Assembly (NCBI GenBank): GCA_030141605.1
Contig: JAQGDQ010000019.1
Span: forward strand, 124,001 to 188,000
Source of the DNA: Tubiluchus corallicola
Lineage: Eukaryota; Animalia; Priapulida
DNA: 64,000 bases
Reading direction: 5' to 3'
Shown here piece after piece: positions 1 through 12,055 of the stretch (its first letter is position 1; every line of letters begins with the position of its first letter). A model generated the notes under the pieces. That model was not told where the DNA came from. It saw nothing but the letters and a program-made list of their open reading frames with translations, and made no database searches. The translations under genes and the position numbers were made by a program.

Positions 1-2308
1 AGCAAGACGTCAATCATTCTCAGTCAAGCTCTACTGACTGCCCAATCAGCGTGCATATTTTTCACACACCCATAGAAGCTATTCATCGCCACGCTTTCGG
101 GACAATTGCGGGACATAAGCTGCAACTATGTATTGCCGGTATATGTTATACTGTTCAGAAAATGCTCAACTTTTCATTACTTCGCGGGACGAAAATTGGC
201 ATGGTTTTAAATTTTATTACAGATTGTCGATTGAAATTGCAGGTGAATTAGTGGAAATGTTTAGTGTAATTCCGATTTTTTAAGAAGAAATGCGCAACGC
301 TTGCGTCTATGCAGACAACCCCACTTGGGGACCCACTGGGTAACGCTGTCTGGGTACTTGAACAGAGGTGACAATGAAATTTATAACTTTATATTGAAGC
401 CCGAGTTAGCAAATATAAATGATTCGAGGTTAGCACGCATGTAAAAATTACAACTTGAGCACTTCTAAGTAAGTTTGTCAAGGTTGCAGGAATGGGAATA
501 GCCAGCAATAGTTGAGGCCTAGCGGCAGAACTGAACTCATCCACGAGAGTCCGTGACAACTGTCAGGATTATGAGGTAAGGGAGCGCACACATAGAAACC
601 CACATTCGGGCAAAATGTTTTCAGAAATTTTCATGCAAAATGGTTTCTTTCCTGGTCAGTTTTTTGAAAAACCCGATAAGACCTTCCCGGTCCAAATTAC
701 TTCAAGTGTGACCAAAATTTATATATATATATGTAATATTTGTATCCTGAAATGCCATTTTTCTGATTATGAGCATGGTTGATGCCATTGGGACTTATGA
801 GTAAAATGTAACTCGGGCAAGATCGTCTACGGAATAGAACAATCAAATTTATTCCATTTCCGTAGCCTAACAAACAGTTAGAAAAATGCAAAAAGTGGCT
901 AAAAGCTTGCAGGCGGTCACATGATAAGCTAAATGTAGAAAAAATACGTCGCAGGTTGATGTGTTCATATATTTAAAGGCAAAAGAGACTTTCGTAATAT
1001 ATACTTTGTTGCCCATTTGTCTTAAAGCTAGGCTTAACTGACTGAGTTCCTTTGTAATAGCCGCCCGGCTAGCCACTCATGTCTCTGCAATTCGGTAGTT
1101 CTTTGAAATTTTGTCGCTACATTCTGCTTAAATTGTGAAGACACTTTTTGGGTTAAAGTTGTAATTTTTTGTAAAAATAACTTCCGGCTTGCAAATTTTT
1201 TGAAAGAAAAAGCACAATCAGTTTATCTGCTGATGGGATATTATAGTTGTCGTGTTGTTTACGAGATTTGTATTCAGCAGGAGCTGATGGCTCGACCTGC
1301 TTACGTCACAACGGAGGCGGAGCGATTGAGCAATATGCTTGGCGTCAATTATTTTAACAAGCTAAAACTGAAGCCTATAAGCTAAGTAGCCCGCCTGGTA
1401 CCTAATGTATGCTCACTATGCTCGCAGAGAATTCCATGTTTATCTGAAATTATATCATCATACGTATGCACTATGTACGCTGTGTTGTTAATTGATATGG
1501 TGACAAATTTTTAAAGCAGTTTTATCTTTAAAGCTAGAAGAAGCAGAATTTCTGAGTGAACTGCAGAAGTTTTGTTGGGCGTGTCTTCGTGCTGTTCAGT
1601 ATCCACCAGCATACGTGTTTTTTCAAGCCCGCAGCGAGGTTCGTTTGGCAGGAGATAAGACTAATTTAAATTTCTTTTGTAGTTTTAAGCAAGGCAGTTT
1701 ATGCGCGCATATATTATGTGGCTATTTCAGTATTTCTAACTGTATACTAAAATAGAACGAATGTCGTTCAAAAGTTGGTTTTTCCTTTAAAATGAATGAA
1801 AGCTATAAGTTTAAATGATGAAAACGCAGTAAATAAGCAGCTGTCGTTTATTTAAATGAATCCCTTGAAGTTTTTTCATGTTATAAGAATATACTTTTCC
1901 TAAAAATGATGTCGATTATGGTACATATAAATCTATATTCGTTTGAAGTTAAACTCCCAAAATTAAATAATATTTTTCAATCTTAACTTAAGTGACGTTT
2001 TATTTGTTAACATGAAGAGGTGCTGATTCCTCCTTATTTGGTGCCCTGTTACACAACGCAAATCTAATTTTGGAAGAAAAAAATGCGATTCCCCTAGGTT
2101 CTCCTTTAATACACTGAGTAAAAACAAAAATTAGTAAATGATATTTCTTACTACTACCTTTTTACAATGCAAGTTTCTCTTTGTCCGGAGCCCCCAATAA
2201 TTGGAAAATGGTATTTCCTTGTACGGGGAGATGTATCGTAAACGTGTTTCCTCTTACGGAACGATTAATCACAAGTAAACAGTCGAAAAGTGACACGTAA
2301 ATGCTCAC

Positions 2309-2387
2309 TGTCCATAAGTGGTCAAATTGGCTGCGAAGCGTTATTGCCCAGGTAACATTGTGAAATGCGTTCAGTGAAGCCAACAGA
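2309..2387 (-). CDS. Candidate 79-nt exon (LLASLNAFHNVTWAITLRSQFDHLWT), phase 2-0
   Basis: Acceptor gtaccacag|, donor ACA|gtgagc and an open frame. No homology recognised. Confidence 0.3.
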
Positions 2388-2957
2388 CTGTGGTACATAC
2401 ACCAAATGGTTTACTCATCTAATTCTGCGTGACACATGGCATGCACACATAAATATACACACCTATTTTGTTGCAATTATGTGGGAATAAATTAGGAATA
2501 ATGTGGGGGCTCACTGCCTGAGGATCACATATTCAATCCTTTTAAAAACAGTCAGAATATAAAGCAAGTCGATAAGAAAACAATGGCTTGTCGCAATCCA
2601 TTTTTCGTTTTTTAGCAGGTTAACCCATAGACTGTAACCCGCCATTATGACAGTCACCATAGACAGACCGAATCTTGGCAAACCTAACTCTTGGGATTCT
2701 TTTCTGATTCATATTTTACAAAATCTGTACAAAGAAGAAGCCGTTCAGCTCAGTCTACAGGTGAAAATTATATATTAATAAACCCGTATTATTCACGTAC
2801 CAGCAGAATTAATATTATGTTAGATAGATGCGTGATCGTACTGCAAAGGTATATGAGTTAAAATAGAAAAAGCAGTCTTTAACAAACATGTTCTCCTAAC
2901 ACAAAATCAAGCAAGATTAGAATAGTTTTATCTGTGTAACCCGGTCCCGGATCCTAC

Positions 2958-3048
2958 CCACGTGCAAATGAGCTACGACCCAAATGATTCACTTTCAGCT
3001 CTGTCAACTGATCTTTATATGCACTCTGGCGCACTATAGGCCCGTATC
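2958..3048 (-). CDS. Candidate 91-nt exon (YGPIVRQSAYKDQLTELKVNHLGRSSFAR), phase 1-2
   Basis: Acceptor tttaactgcag|, donor TGG|gtagga. Its phases bridge the 6451-6543 and 2309-2387 candidates. Confidence 0.25.
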
Positions 3049-4030
3049 CTGCAGTTAAATTTGGATTTTTCAATAGATATAGAAAAACTGGCCGATGAAA
3101 TATGCCTTACAGATTATAAGATTATTTCGAGACTCATTAATCCTGAAATCCTACTTGCATTAAATCCTTTAGCGATATTTACCGAAACAAAATCAACTGA
3201 AAACCCGAACTGAGTAATGAAGTTGCTAATCAAATCGCATATGATGTATCGGTTGCTCATATTATCATTTCTTCTGAACAGTGTCTCTTTTATCAACAGC
3301 ATTTGCACAACGCCTGATCGGCTTCATATTGAATAGCAGTTTAAACGTAAATTAGATTTAAGGTTACGCGACACGAAACCTCATTTATTGTACTTAAAAG
3401 AGACTTAAATGAAACAAGTTGCACATGTTCAGTGCTGATTAAATCCTCTGTCAGATTATTTGCGGAACCCAAAAAAGTTAGATGATTAATACCCCTCTCA
3501 TGATAGCATGGGGAAGTGTAATGAGGCCAAAATCAAAATTAAATTTACTATCTTTAGGGAATAAATTGAAACTGTGTTAGCGCCCTCTGTACAGAAAACA
3601 CAAATTAATTACATATAATTTAAATTACAAGATTATTAATTTATGCCAAAAGCACAGTTTTTAATATACTTTTATTTTCAAAGTTAAGCCAAAAAAGAAC
3701 AATGCCAAAAATAAAACAAACTCGGGATTACAAAGGAACAAAGACCTCTGATTTATAAGCTTATAGTGCCTCAGCCACTACAGCAATTATTGTCTATAGT
3801 CATCAAGATTTTAATCTTGCTCCTACTTTGGTTCAGTTTCGATTGTTTCATTTCGTTTTGCGTTATCCCCTTTGCGATGCAGTCTTAGAAACAGATCGGT
3901 TTCGCGGTGATGTCAGTCTCGATCTTGTTGTTGTTCAAGTAATAAGCTTTTAACCAATTTTCATATTGTCTAAAATCCAGTAACTTCTTATCCTAAATTT
4001 TTACGATAAAACGGATCTGTGACAATGTTC

Positions 4031-4270
4031 ACCAGTGGTCAGGGCAGTCAAAAGTACATCCCTCGCAGATGGCCAACCGAATTCAGCATTTCCAAAGTTA
4101 GATCACTAACATTAAAATGGTTCTAGCTAATTAGCTTAATTTTTTATATTATTATAAGTATATAGTATATTATATTAATCTAATTAGTTAGAATAACATT
4201 TAACATTGAAAATGCTGAATTTGGTAGGCTAGATATAAGGAACGAACTTTGAACTATCTCAGTTACTGGA
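4031..4270. repeat. ~240-bp imperfect palindrome (MITE-like fold-back) with an AT-rich centre
   Basis: CCGAATTCAGCATTTCCAA..TTCTAGCTAATTAGCTTAAT pairs with ATTAATCTAATTAGTTAGAA..TTGAAAATGCTGAATTTGG. Weaker pairing continues out to the CCAGT/ACTGG ends. Confidence 0.8.
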
Positions 4271-4344
4271 GATACGGTGTCCTGGTGGTTTAAGGCGCCT
4301 GCTTTGTAAGCAAATAATCACTGGTTCAAATCCAGGCTGCATCT
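4271..4344 (+). pseudogene. tRNA-Thr(UGU)-like pseudogene or tRNA-derived SINE head
   Basis: Cloverleaf-length unit: acceptor GATACGG/CTGCATC, A-box-like TGTCCTGGTGG, anticodon loop TTTGTAA, B-box GGTTCAAATCC and TTTTT just downstream. All stems contain mismatches. Confidence 0.7.
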
Positions 4345-4859
4345 CAACTTTTTCACATTTCTTGTCTTTCGAGCTTGACATAAAAATTTAATTAATCATG
4401 GGTCTGTAACAGCAGTAGTAATAATCCTGACATTGAGATTATACTAATTAATCAGGAAATTATGTCATGTGCACGATTTCTAGGACATTAATCTGCTGTT
4501 GACCTGTTGAAATTAATTGTGTATTAGCTTGAGTATGCATAATAACATTCCGAAATTAACTTTATTTATTTATATTAGTGCATAATTCATGTTTTCGACA
4601 GTTCTCGTGTTTGGATATCAGACAGAAGAGAATTTGCCTCCAGCGCTTGCCAATTACATTCTCAAACTCAAAGCGTTACGATCTACCAAGCGTAAGACAT
4701 CCTTTACGAATAACTGTAAAAGCACGAATAAACATGATATAAACAAATGTCTCAGACGAACTGGTTTGATGTAAAAAGGTCCATTTCACAGAAGCGCATT
4801 GAAGAGTAAAGTTTTCAAAATTAGGTAACCCCAGTGAAATACATCTGAAAAAATTGCTT

Positions 4860-5125
4860 GTAACAAACAGATACGCGTACGAACAGACAGGCGAACAAAC
4901 AAATAAACAAACAAACATATAAACAAGCAAACAGAAAACAAACAAACATATAAACAAGCAAACAGAAAACAAACAAACAAACATACAAACGAACAAGTGA
5001 AACAAATGAAACTTATAAGCAAATAAACAGCCGGAAACACAAACAAAAAGGCACACAAATGCAAGAAAAGGATAAACGAACAAACAGACGAGGAAAGCAT
5101 CAAGTAAGCACATAAACAATAAACA
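4860..5125. repeat. Degenerate (AAAC)n low-complexity tract
   Basis: Read directly; explains ORFs 4676..5158 and 4786..5103. Confidence 0.9.
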
Positions 5126-6450
5126 TAGTGCCGGTTTTTTTACCAAACCATAAATCAAGGCGGGATAGATTACTCAAATAGATATGCATTGGGGCACACT
5201 ATTTCATAAGGATCCATTTGTTCTGCTGGCACTTCGTCTCTGTCAATTGATGTAATATTTGTTCAAGGAGGAAAGTTAATCCAAACGAAGATGAGAAAAT
5301 GAAATTATTTGCTATACAACACCGCTTGACATTTATACTTGGAGCGTTGTCTGCTGACGACCGTGTATAACAAACAGAATGTGTTTGTTTGAATACAAAA
5401 ATACAAATTTTCTCGTAATTTTGAAAGCAATTTCGAACCCATCAAAGAAAAGCAATTTAGAGCGCAATCGGCTAAATCGAATTTGTTAGACCTGGCGAAC
5501 AGAATCAAAATCTCGGCCATGTAAATGTATAGAAAAAGATATTTGGAGTTGTGTTATCGTTTGTCGAACCATGGCGTGCGCATCTACAAGTTTTTCCTTC
5601 TTCCACATTCGTGTGCTTAAAAATTCCAATTAACTACTCAAGAAACCACCGAATTTGTAACAAAAGAATTTACTTATATATGTACTAACGGATAAAATTA
5701 AGCCCAGTCTGAAAAATTTACTTCTTTTGCATTTCTAGGTTTAGACACGGTTTACTAAATAATCAACATACTACTACTGATCCATATTTAGTGGTTGCTT
5801 ATGAGTTTCACGTAGTCTTGATAAATAACCAGAAATTAGCAAATAGTACTTCCAAGCTTTTTTTGAAGCAGGGTGTTAATTTGTTTTTAATGAAAGCAAT
5901 TATTTACGTTTTACACTAACTTTTTCAAGTGAAAAGCCCCTTCTAACGAACGTCAAGTGAAAAAATGGCTTTGATGTCAGACTGTATTCTGTTATGTTCA
6001 ACAAGAACTGCTCAAAATGACATCGAGATCAAAAGTAGTAATCAAATTGACGATGAAATTGTGCATTGCATGTATTGAACTTGTAATGAGTTTAAAAGTT
6101 TTCATGCACTGCTCAACAACAGTTTGAAAATGTCCGTCTACACGAGCTGCAGTTTAGCACAACTAAACGTGTGGTACAATTGCTACATATGTCAGACTGT
6201 TCAGTTTGCTTGAGTGTAATAAAAGAGCACGGAAAATTTCGATTACTGTACCCAGAAACACATAACATTTTTTGCTAGAGTGGGGTATAAAAGCAATGAG
6301 TAAGTACAAGACTGTTTGTTCACAGATATTGCCGAAATTACAATTTAGTGGGGTGTGGTTGAAGAAGGCGCAGTCCTCAAGATCCTGCTACACTTCTTGC
6401 AGATATCTGAGAAGCTTGTTTTTTGAATATCAATCAAGGCGTTATCTTAC

Positions 6451-6543
6451 CCACAGCTTTATCTTTTAAAATCGGCTCTAACGTGTCCAACGTGCCATCT
6501 TTGTTACGGTTGAGGAGAGAAATTTCAAGGTCATTCAATTCGA
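6451..6543 (-). CDS. Candidate 93-nt internal exon (ELNDLEISLLNRNKDGTLDTLEPILKDKAV), phase 1-1
   Basis: Acceptor ggttttttcag|, donor TGG|gtaaga and an open frame within ORF 6434..6628. No homology recognised. Confidence 0.4.
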
Positions 6544-8694
6544 CTGAAAAAACCAGCCGCATTCGAGTTGCTGCATTGAACACACCCCTCAAGATTACAG
6601 GCGGTGCGCGACCGCCAAGCTTTCCCATTAAATATTGAGGATATGATAGGTTTTCTACTCTTTTAGCAATACTTTGGTTTAATGAATTGCAGTATACTAT
6701 TATTACATACTCACTATTTCTACCCGAGTAAAAGGTAATGCGTTTATCTTACAAAACGAGTCGCGCGCGTTCAGACGTTCGAAAGTCCTAGAGTGAATCG
6801 AACTTTTTATAGACTCGTTTCTCGAAGGTATAGCAAGCACAGAATTTATGAATTCTTAATATTATTTTCAAAGACTAAAGTATTAATCAACGATTCTTGT
6901 AAAAATAAAAGCCTTTTAACTTCAATAAATGATTATCAACGGAAATTGAGCAAACTACAACACGAAGCTCTAGTTTAGTAAAAAAAATAGCAACTGCTGC
7001 TTACGGCTGGCACTCAAAAGTTAGTTCACTCCATCCTAGTGCTAATAATCCTGTAACGATAACAGTAATCCTGTAACGATAAATCAAAATAGATTGCTCA
7101 TATGCTAGATGAATGAACGCTAAGCGTACCACGCTATTGTGGGCGTGAATAAGTAAAAACTTATTTGTTATATGCCAAAAGATCTTGTAAAAGAAAATCT
7201 GCCATGCGCCACATGAAGTGACGATAGAATTATTAGCAAAACTGCTATAAATAACAAACATGGCTTCTTTCTAAGACATTTAGCCTAGAAAAGCAACACT
7301 TCTCTCCATACGTAGCATAGTGGTGTAAGGCTGGTTAATAATGTGCTGACTAAAACCGCTTGGATGTACAGTGTACAGCGTATATAAAGAATAAATGGTT
7401 ACACACATTATAAAGCATTATCCAGGCATTACAGCATAATATGGAAACTCAATATTTTCCCTTGATTAGATTACAGTCACATACAGAAATAACAGCAATT
7501 GACAAAATTAAAAAGAATGTGCGGTCCACGTCTATTGCGTCAACGAAAAAGCGGGCTGTTTTTTAAAGAAAATAAATGAAAATTCTCGACGGCAGGTCGC
7601 CAACGAAAGCAATTCGTTATCATCAGAGAAAAGGAGAGACCGTGAGGCAGCTATCCAGTGCATGATAGAGGAAGAAATAGACAGCAAACTGTACACCCTA
7701 GTACATCTGTATTATTACTGCAGCTAGACAATTTAATGAATCTCTTTAAAATAGGTTGAGTTAGCAATGACATTAAATCTCTCTCCTTAAGCCGTTGCCA
7801 CAATTTAAAAATAATTATGTTTTTTCTCCTTCTTGCTTTGTTTCTTCAATGATAATCTGCAGTAGAGAACCAATCCAGTGATTTATGCATGCAATTCATC
7901 CTCTAAGTTGCATTTTATTTAATTTTGTCTTATAAATCTCAGTAGCTCATTGAAATTGTAATGAGAGTGCAGTATGAATGTATGGATTAATCGCACTACT
8001 AAAGTACTAACGGAATTGTCAAAGCTGCAAGAATATACCTTTTTTCGACTGTTTGATGTCTACCCAGTGTTTTGAGATTTTGCTATTAAATCAACAATGT
8101 CATCAGCGTTCAATTTACAAGCATTTGTAGCAAATCCACAGAGTAATAAAAATAAAATAGACAAATGACTAGCTTTGGAATGAGCACGGGAACTGATCCT
8201 GAAAATCACGAAAACTACACTTTCTTGCAACAGAAATGGTTAGGCTTTGATTGAATTTCTATTTTGCATGACGTGTGACTTCTTTTGCATTAATATTTGC
8301 AGATATTGAGGATATTGTATTCCCTTAGAAAGGGATGATAAAACCTGAAAGCTTTTAATAGCTTTTGTTACATCGAGGTCATTCTAATGTACTAAAAATA
8401 TTTACTGACAGTGCTGCTGCCATTACAAGTGTTTATATACAGATTGCTAAACTGGACCAACTCTGGCAGCGCAAATGTTGCTAACAAAAAAGCTTGTCAT
8501 ACATCGTAAAGTACATGGCTGTTAGTCGGTGAAAAATGAGAATGAATACCAAGATTTCAAAACATTACAACGCACAGAAATATATTTATTTTACATTAGC
8601 AAACGTGTGGAATTTGAGCTTTGTTTCGACATGTATCAAGTCGACATAGTCTTCTAGGTTATTATTTGTGAAGATAGTAAAACAAGTGACTTAC

Positions 8695-9689
8695 CAATGC
8701 ATGACGCTGCTATGGCTGCTAGTCTTTGTCACTACCTGTGTATGTGTTTGCATGGACCGAACCTTGTATTGCATCGCTCCACTAGGTGTCATTAGCTGCA
8801 TTCCACTATCGTCGTCGCCACCAATCGGCACCAACTGTTGACCATCAGGACCAGTAAGATCCACCCTGTGTGCCTTCTGCTGGAATGCTTCCATGAGCTT
8901 AGCTGCACCTCCTAAACCACATTCGCTAAGAACTTGCACTGCATTGGGTTGTTGTGGTGAAATGATGCGAACTGTACGCCGATGAGACTGTTGTTTCTGA
9001 ACTGAAACTTTCTGTTGAACTCCACCAGGTCCTTGCACTTCGAAATTACCTTCTTGGATAACCATCCCACCTTTGGTCATCTCTCCGCCAGCTTCAAACT
9101 GTCTACCTCTACTGCCTTCTACAGTAATTTGTTGAAGCGCTCCATGACCGCCTTCAAAAGCCACTGGAATTGATTCTTTTTTCACCTGAAAGTCGGCATC
9201 TTGTGTCCGGACACTCACTTCCTTTTGACTACCAACGCCGGCAACAAGAGCCAGGCTGGCATTATCGTTTTGTCTGTTTCCTGGCAAGCAAATTTCCATT
9301 CCCGTTTTAGTCTTCTCTGGAATTTTTGGAGAAACAGTTACTTTAGCTGATGGAGTAGCGCCGTCTGATCCCTTTGATATTGAAGAATAAGGAACAGTTT
9401 GTCTTTCCTCTTCACCTCTGGCCGGAGCAACATCTCCGGCCGATCCTCCCTCACGTCCTGGTACAGAAATTTTTCCAGTAGTGTGATCTATTTTAATTAT
9501 TCCTTTTGCCAATAAATCATCAATATTTACGTTCGGATTAGAAGATTTAATAGTAATCTTTTGTGTCGTGTGTGGCGCTCCAGGGGGAGAAGAAATTGTG
9601 ATTTCCTTATGTGCACCACTAGAGGTTTGATTGCCCGAGCCAGAATGGACGTTTATTCGAAGATTTTTGTCTTCACTGCCAGTTGCCAT
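8695..9689 (-). CDS. Large (995 nt) probable first coding exon of a spliced gene; encodes a G/S/Q/V/T/K-rich, likely partly disordered N-terminal region of unknown family (or an intronless 332-aa orphan if unspliced, ending at 8691)
   Basis: The only long non-repeat ORF, clearly GC-richer than its flanks. ATG context is AAAGAAAATGG, with an in-frame TGA three codons upstream. It ends CAT TG|GTAAGT, a consensus 5' splice site in phase 2. No signal peptide or TM segment is evident. Confidence 0.85.
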
Positions 9690-10689
9690 TTTCTTTCAAA
9701 TAAAAGGTTCTTGGCTGACAGAAACTAATCGATCTAAACGTTCCGTTAAGAGTGAATGCGGGCAGACTCTGTAAATTTAACTCAAGCAGATCTTTAACTG
9801 TTGGTGTGCAATTACAATAGCAGCCACTCTGCAGTTACTGTTTTAGTTCAACAATTTTGTAGTATAAATATAATTCAACAGTTTTTGCTATAAGAAGCAA
9901 AGCAGTGAATCCAAGCGTTTGCTAATTATGTAGCACGTGTGGCTTTTTAAATTTTTTTGGCGAACTGAAAAACAGACGCGCTTGATTAGGAGCAGTTATA
10001 GCCGTGCCCTTTTGCTCTGAGTAAATTTTAACGCCCGAAACATCTGCCAGCTCTAAAACACTAGCAATTTTACGATGTGCCAGTGATTACGAATCTCAGC
10101 TTAAGTCTCAAATAACTTCAATAACTTCGCTCGATCTTGACACAATGTTTGTTGTTATAATTTTGTAATCTTCACAGCTTCTGCAGTGCCAATAAAGTGT
10201 ACTACCTAAACAGAAATACGTGGATAAAATGCGACCAACAGTAAACGTTTAATTGCTGGAATGGCGCAGTTCAACTTATGACGTTTATTGAGTGTGGCTT
10301 CTGCAGATTTCCAACAGAAAAATAAAGATGCAGTGGACCGAAATTTTAGGGAATTAGCGAAATTAGAGGGAAAGTATTAAGATGGGTTTTCATGGTATAA
10401 ATTTGAGCTACGAATTAAGTGTAACATTAATGTGCGCATCAGGAAAATTAGATAGAAACAGTAACTATGAGGTATAGTCTGAAAAGCTCCTTTAACAATA
10501 TGATTAAAAAGAGAGCAGATCTTGAAGCAAAAAGCTTCCAATACGTGTTTTTCCTTCTGTTAAAATGTCATTTTATTTCCCTCTCGTTTTATTTATCTTT
10601 CATCCTTTTTATTTTCCTTCTCTTCTCTTTTGCCCTCTTACTAATATTTTGTTTCTTCTCTTCCTCTATTGCATACACTCTCTGTATAT

Positions 10690-10960
10690 TTACCACCTAC
10701 TTACTTACCATCTACCCAACAACTGGCCTACCTGCCTATCAATTTATGTACCTACTATTTATTATCTAATTTCTGACCTATCTGCTTAGGTATAGGCTGA
10801 CTGACTGGCCGACCGACTGACTACCTACCTAATATTTACCTACCAGCCTACATCTACCTGGTCTCCTACCAATCTACCCATTGCCTGCGTTTCTACATAC
10901 ATTTCTGCATTCTCTAGGTTTCTGTTCATTTATTTAGCTATATTTTTCTTCCCCCCTCTC

Positions 10961-10994
<34 letters not shown>

Positions 10995-11085
10995 CCCTCT
11001 CCCTCTGACTCTATCCCCTCTCACACACAAACGCACACACTCATACACCCTCACAGACACACATACTCTCACGCACAGAGACTCA
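10690..11085. repeat. Compound low-complexity tract: (CCTA/CTGA)n, then (CT)n and (CA)n
   Basis: Read directly. Confidence 0.85.
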
Positions 11086-11993
11086 CTTTTAATCTTTCAT
11101 AGAATCATTCTCTTGTTGATCAAAGTAAATTTATGGTTAGTGTCACACCTATTATGTTTGCTACTTTTAGGTTAAATTTGTGTTCAGTTTTAACAACACT
11201 TTTTATCAATTTGGAAAAAGCAATGTAGAACAGAGACCGTTAATCTTCTAGTGTGACAATTATCCTGTTACAACAGCGTGTTTACTCTTGGCAAATACGC
11301 TAAACAAACCCCGAGTTTGTACAGAAGTAACTGCTTTAAACATTGCTGAGTGATTGGATCTCGGTTTTATACATGATACCCCAGAGCTTTAATTAAATGT
11401 ACTACGTCTAAGTTACTACCACGATAAGTTATAGATATTTTGTATCCTTAAATACAGCTCTTCATTTTCTGAAGTTTTTTGGGCCAATTAGCCAGTACTT
11501 TTCTGCCTCTATTTTGTTAAAGAGCTTTGAGATGGAATATTGAGTTCTAAGACACAGAGTTACTACCATTTTAGATATCAAAACTCATGATGTATGTTAG
11601 TGGTCGCCTTGCACATTTATTAGTGGGCGTTTATAAGCTGACAACAAGGTATTATAGGCCTAGCCCATGAACTCCCTAACAAGACGAAGACACAGTTCAG
11701 ATACATATGTGCAGCTTGCATGTGTTTACGTGACTTACTCAAAGCAAGACACAAATTTCTGCTGCTTTATGATTGCTAGCAATCTAGGGTTTCTGCTTTT
11801 CGTTTATGTTTGCTTCAACCCGAACACGTTCTTCAGAAAACTCCATTCAGTGACCTGATTAAGTTGCAGACTGAGTATGCAGTTCAGAAGTGACATACGT
11901 TGGTTGAAATATATTGAATTTGTTCTACTGAATAAGCTCCAAAGGAGTAAATTTTGTGGGCACACGTGTAGGAGGCGAAAAACGTTTGAGCAG

Positions 11994-11997
<4 letters not shown>

Positions 11998-12053
<56 letters not shown>
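11998..12053. repeat. (GA)n microsatellite
   Basis: Read directly. Confidence 0.98.

Positions 12054-12055
<2 letters not shown>

Noticed and set aside
3577-3594. CTCF-like motif (CAGAGGGCGCTA on the minus strand)
   Set aside because: A single partial match cannot be supported without binding data.
4676-5158. 160-aa Cys/Leu/Phe/Val-rich 'membrane protein' ORF and overlapping 105-aa ORF
   Set aside because: Translation of a degenerate (GTTT)n tract.
5405-5491. Phase-2 exon candidate SNKFDLADCALNCFSLMGSKLLSKLREN
   Set aside because: The acceptor is plausible and phase-compatible with the 8695 donor, but the only donor (TT|gtattt) is poor and there is no homology support.
9670-9768. Alternative-frame peptide SLPAFTLNGTFRSISFCQPRTFYLKENGNWQ overlapping the start of the large ORF
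   Set aside because: Short, ends in a stop and has no good donor; more simply 5'UTR.
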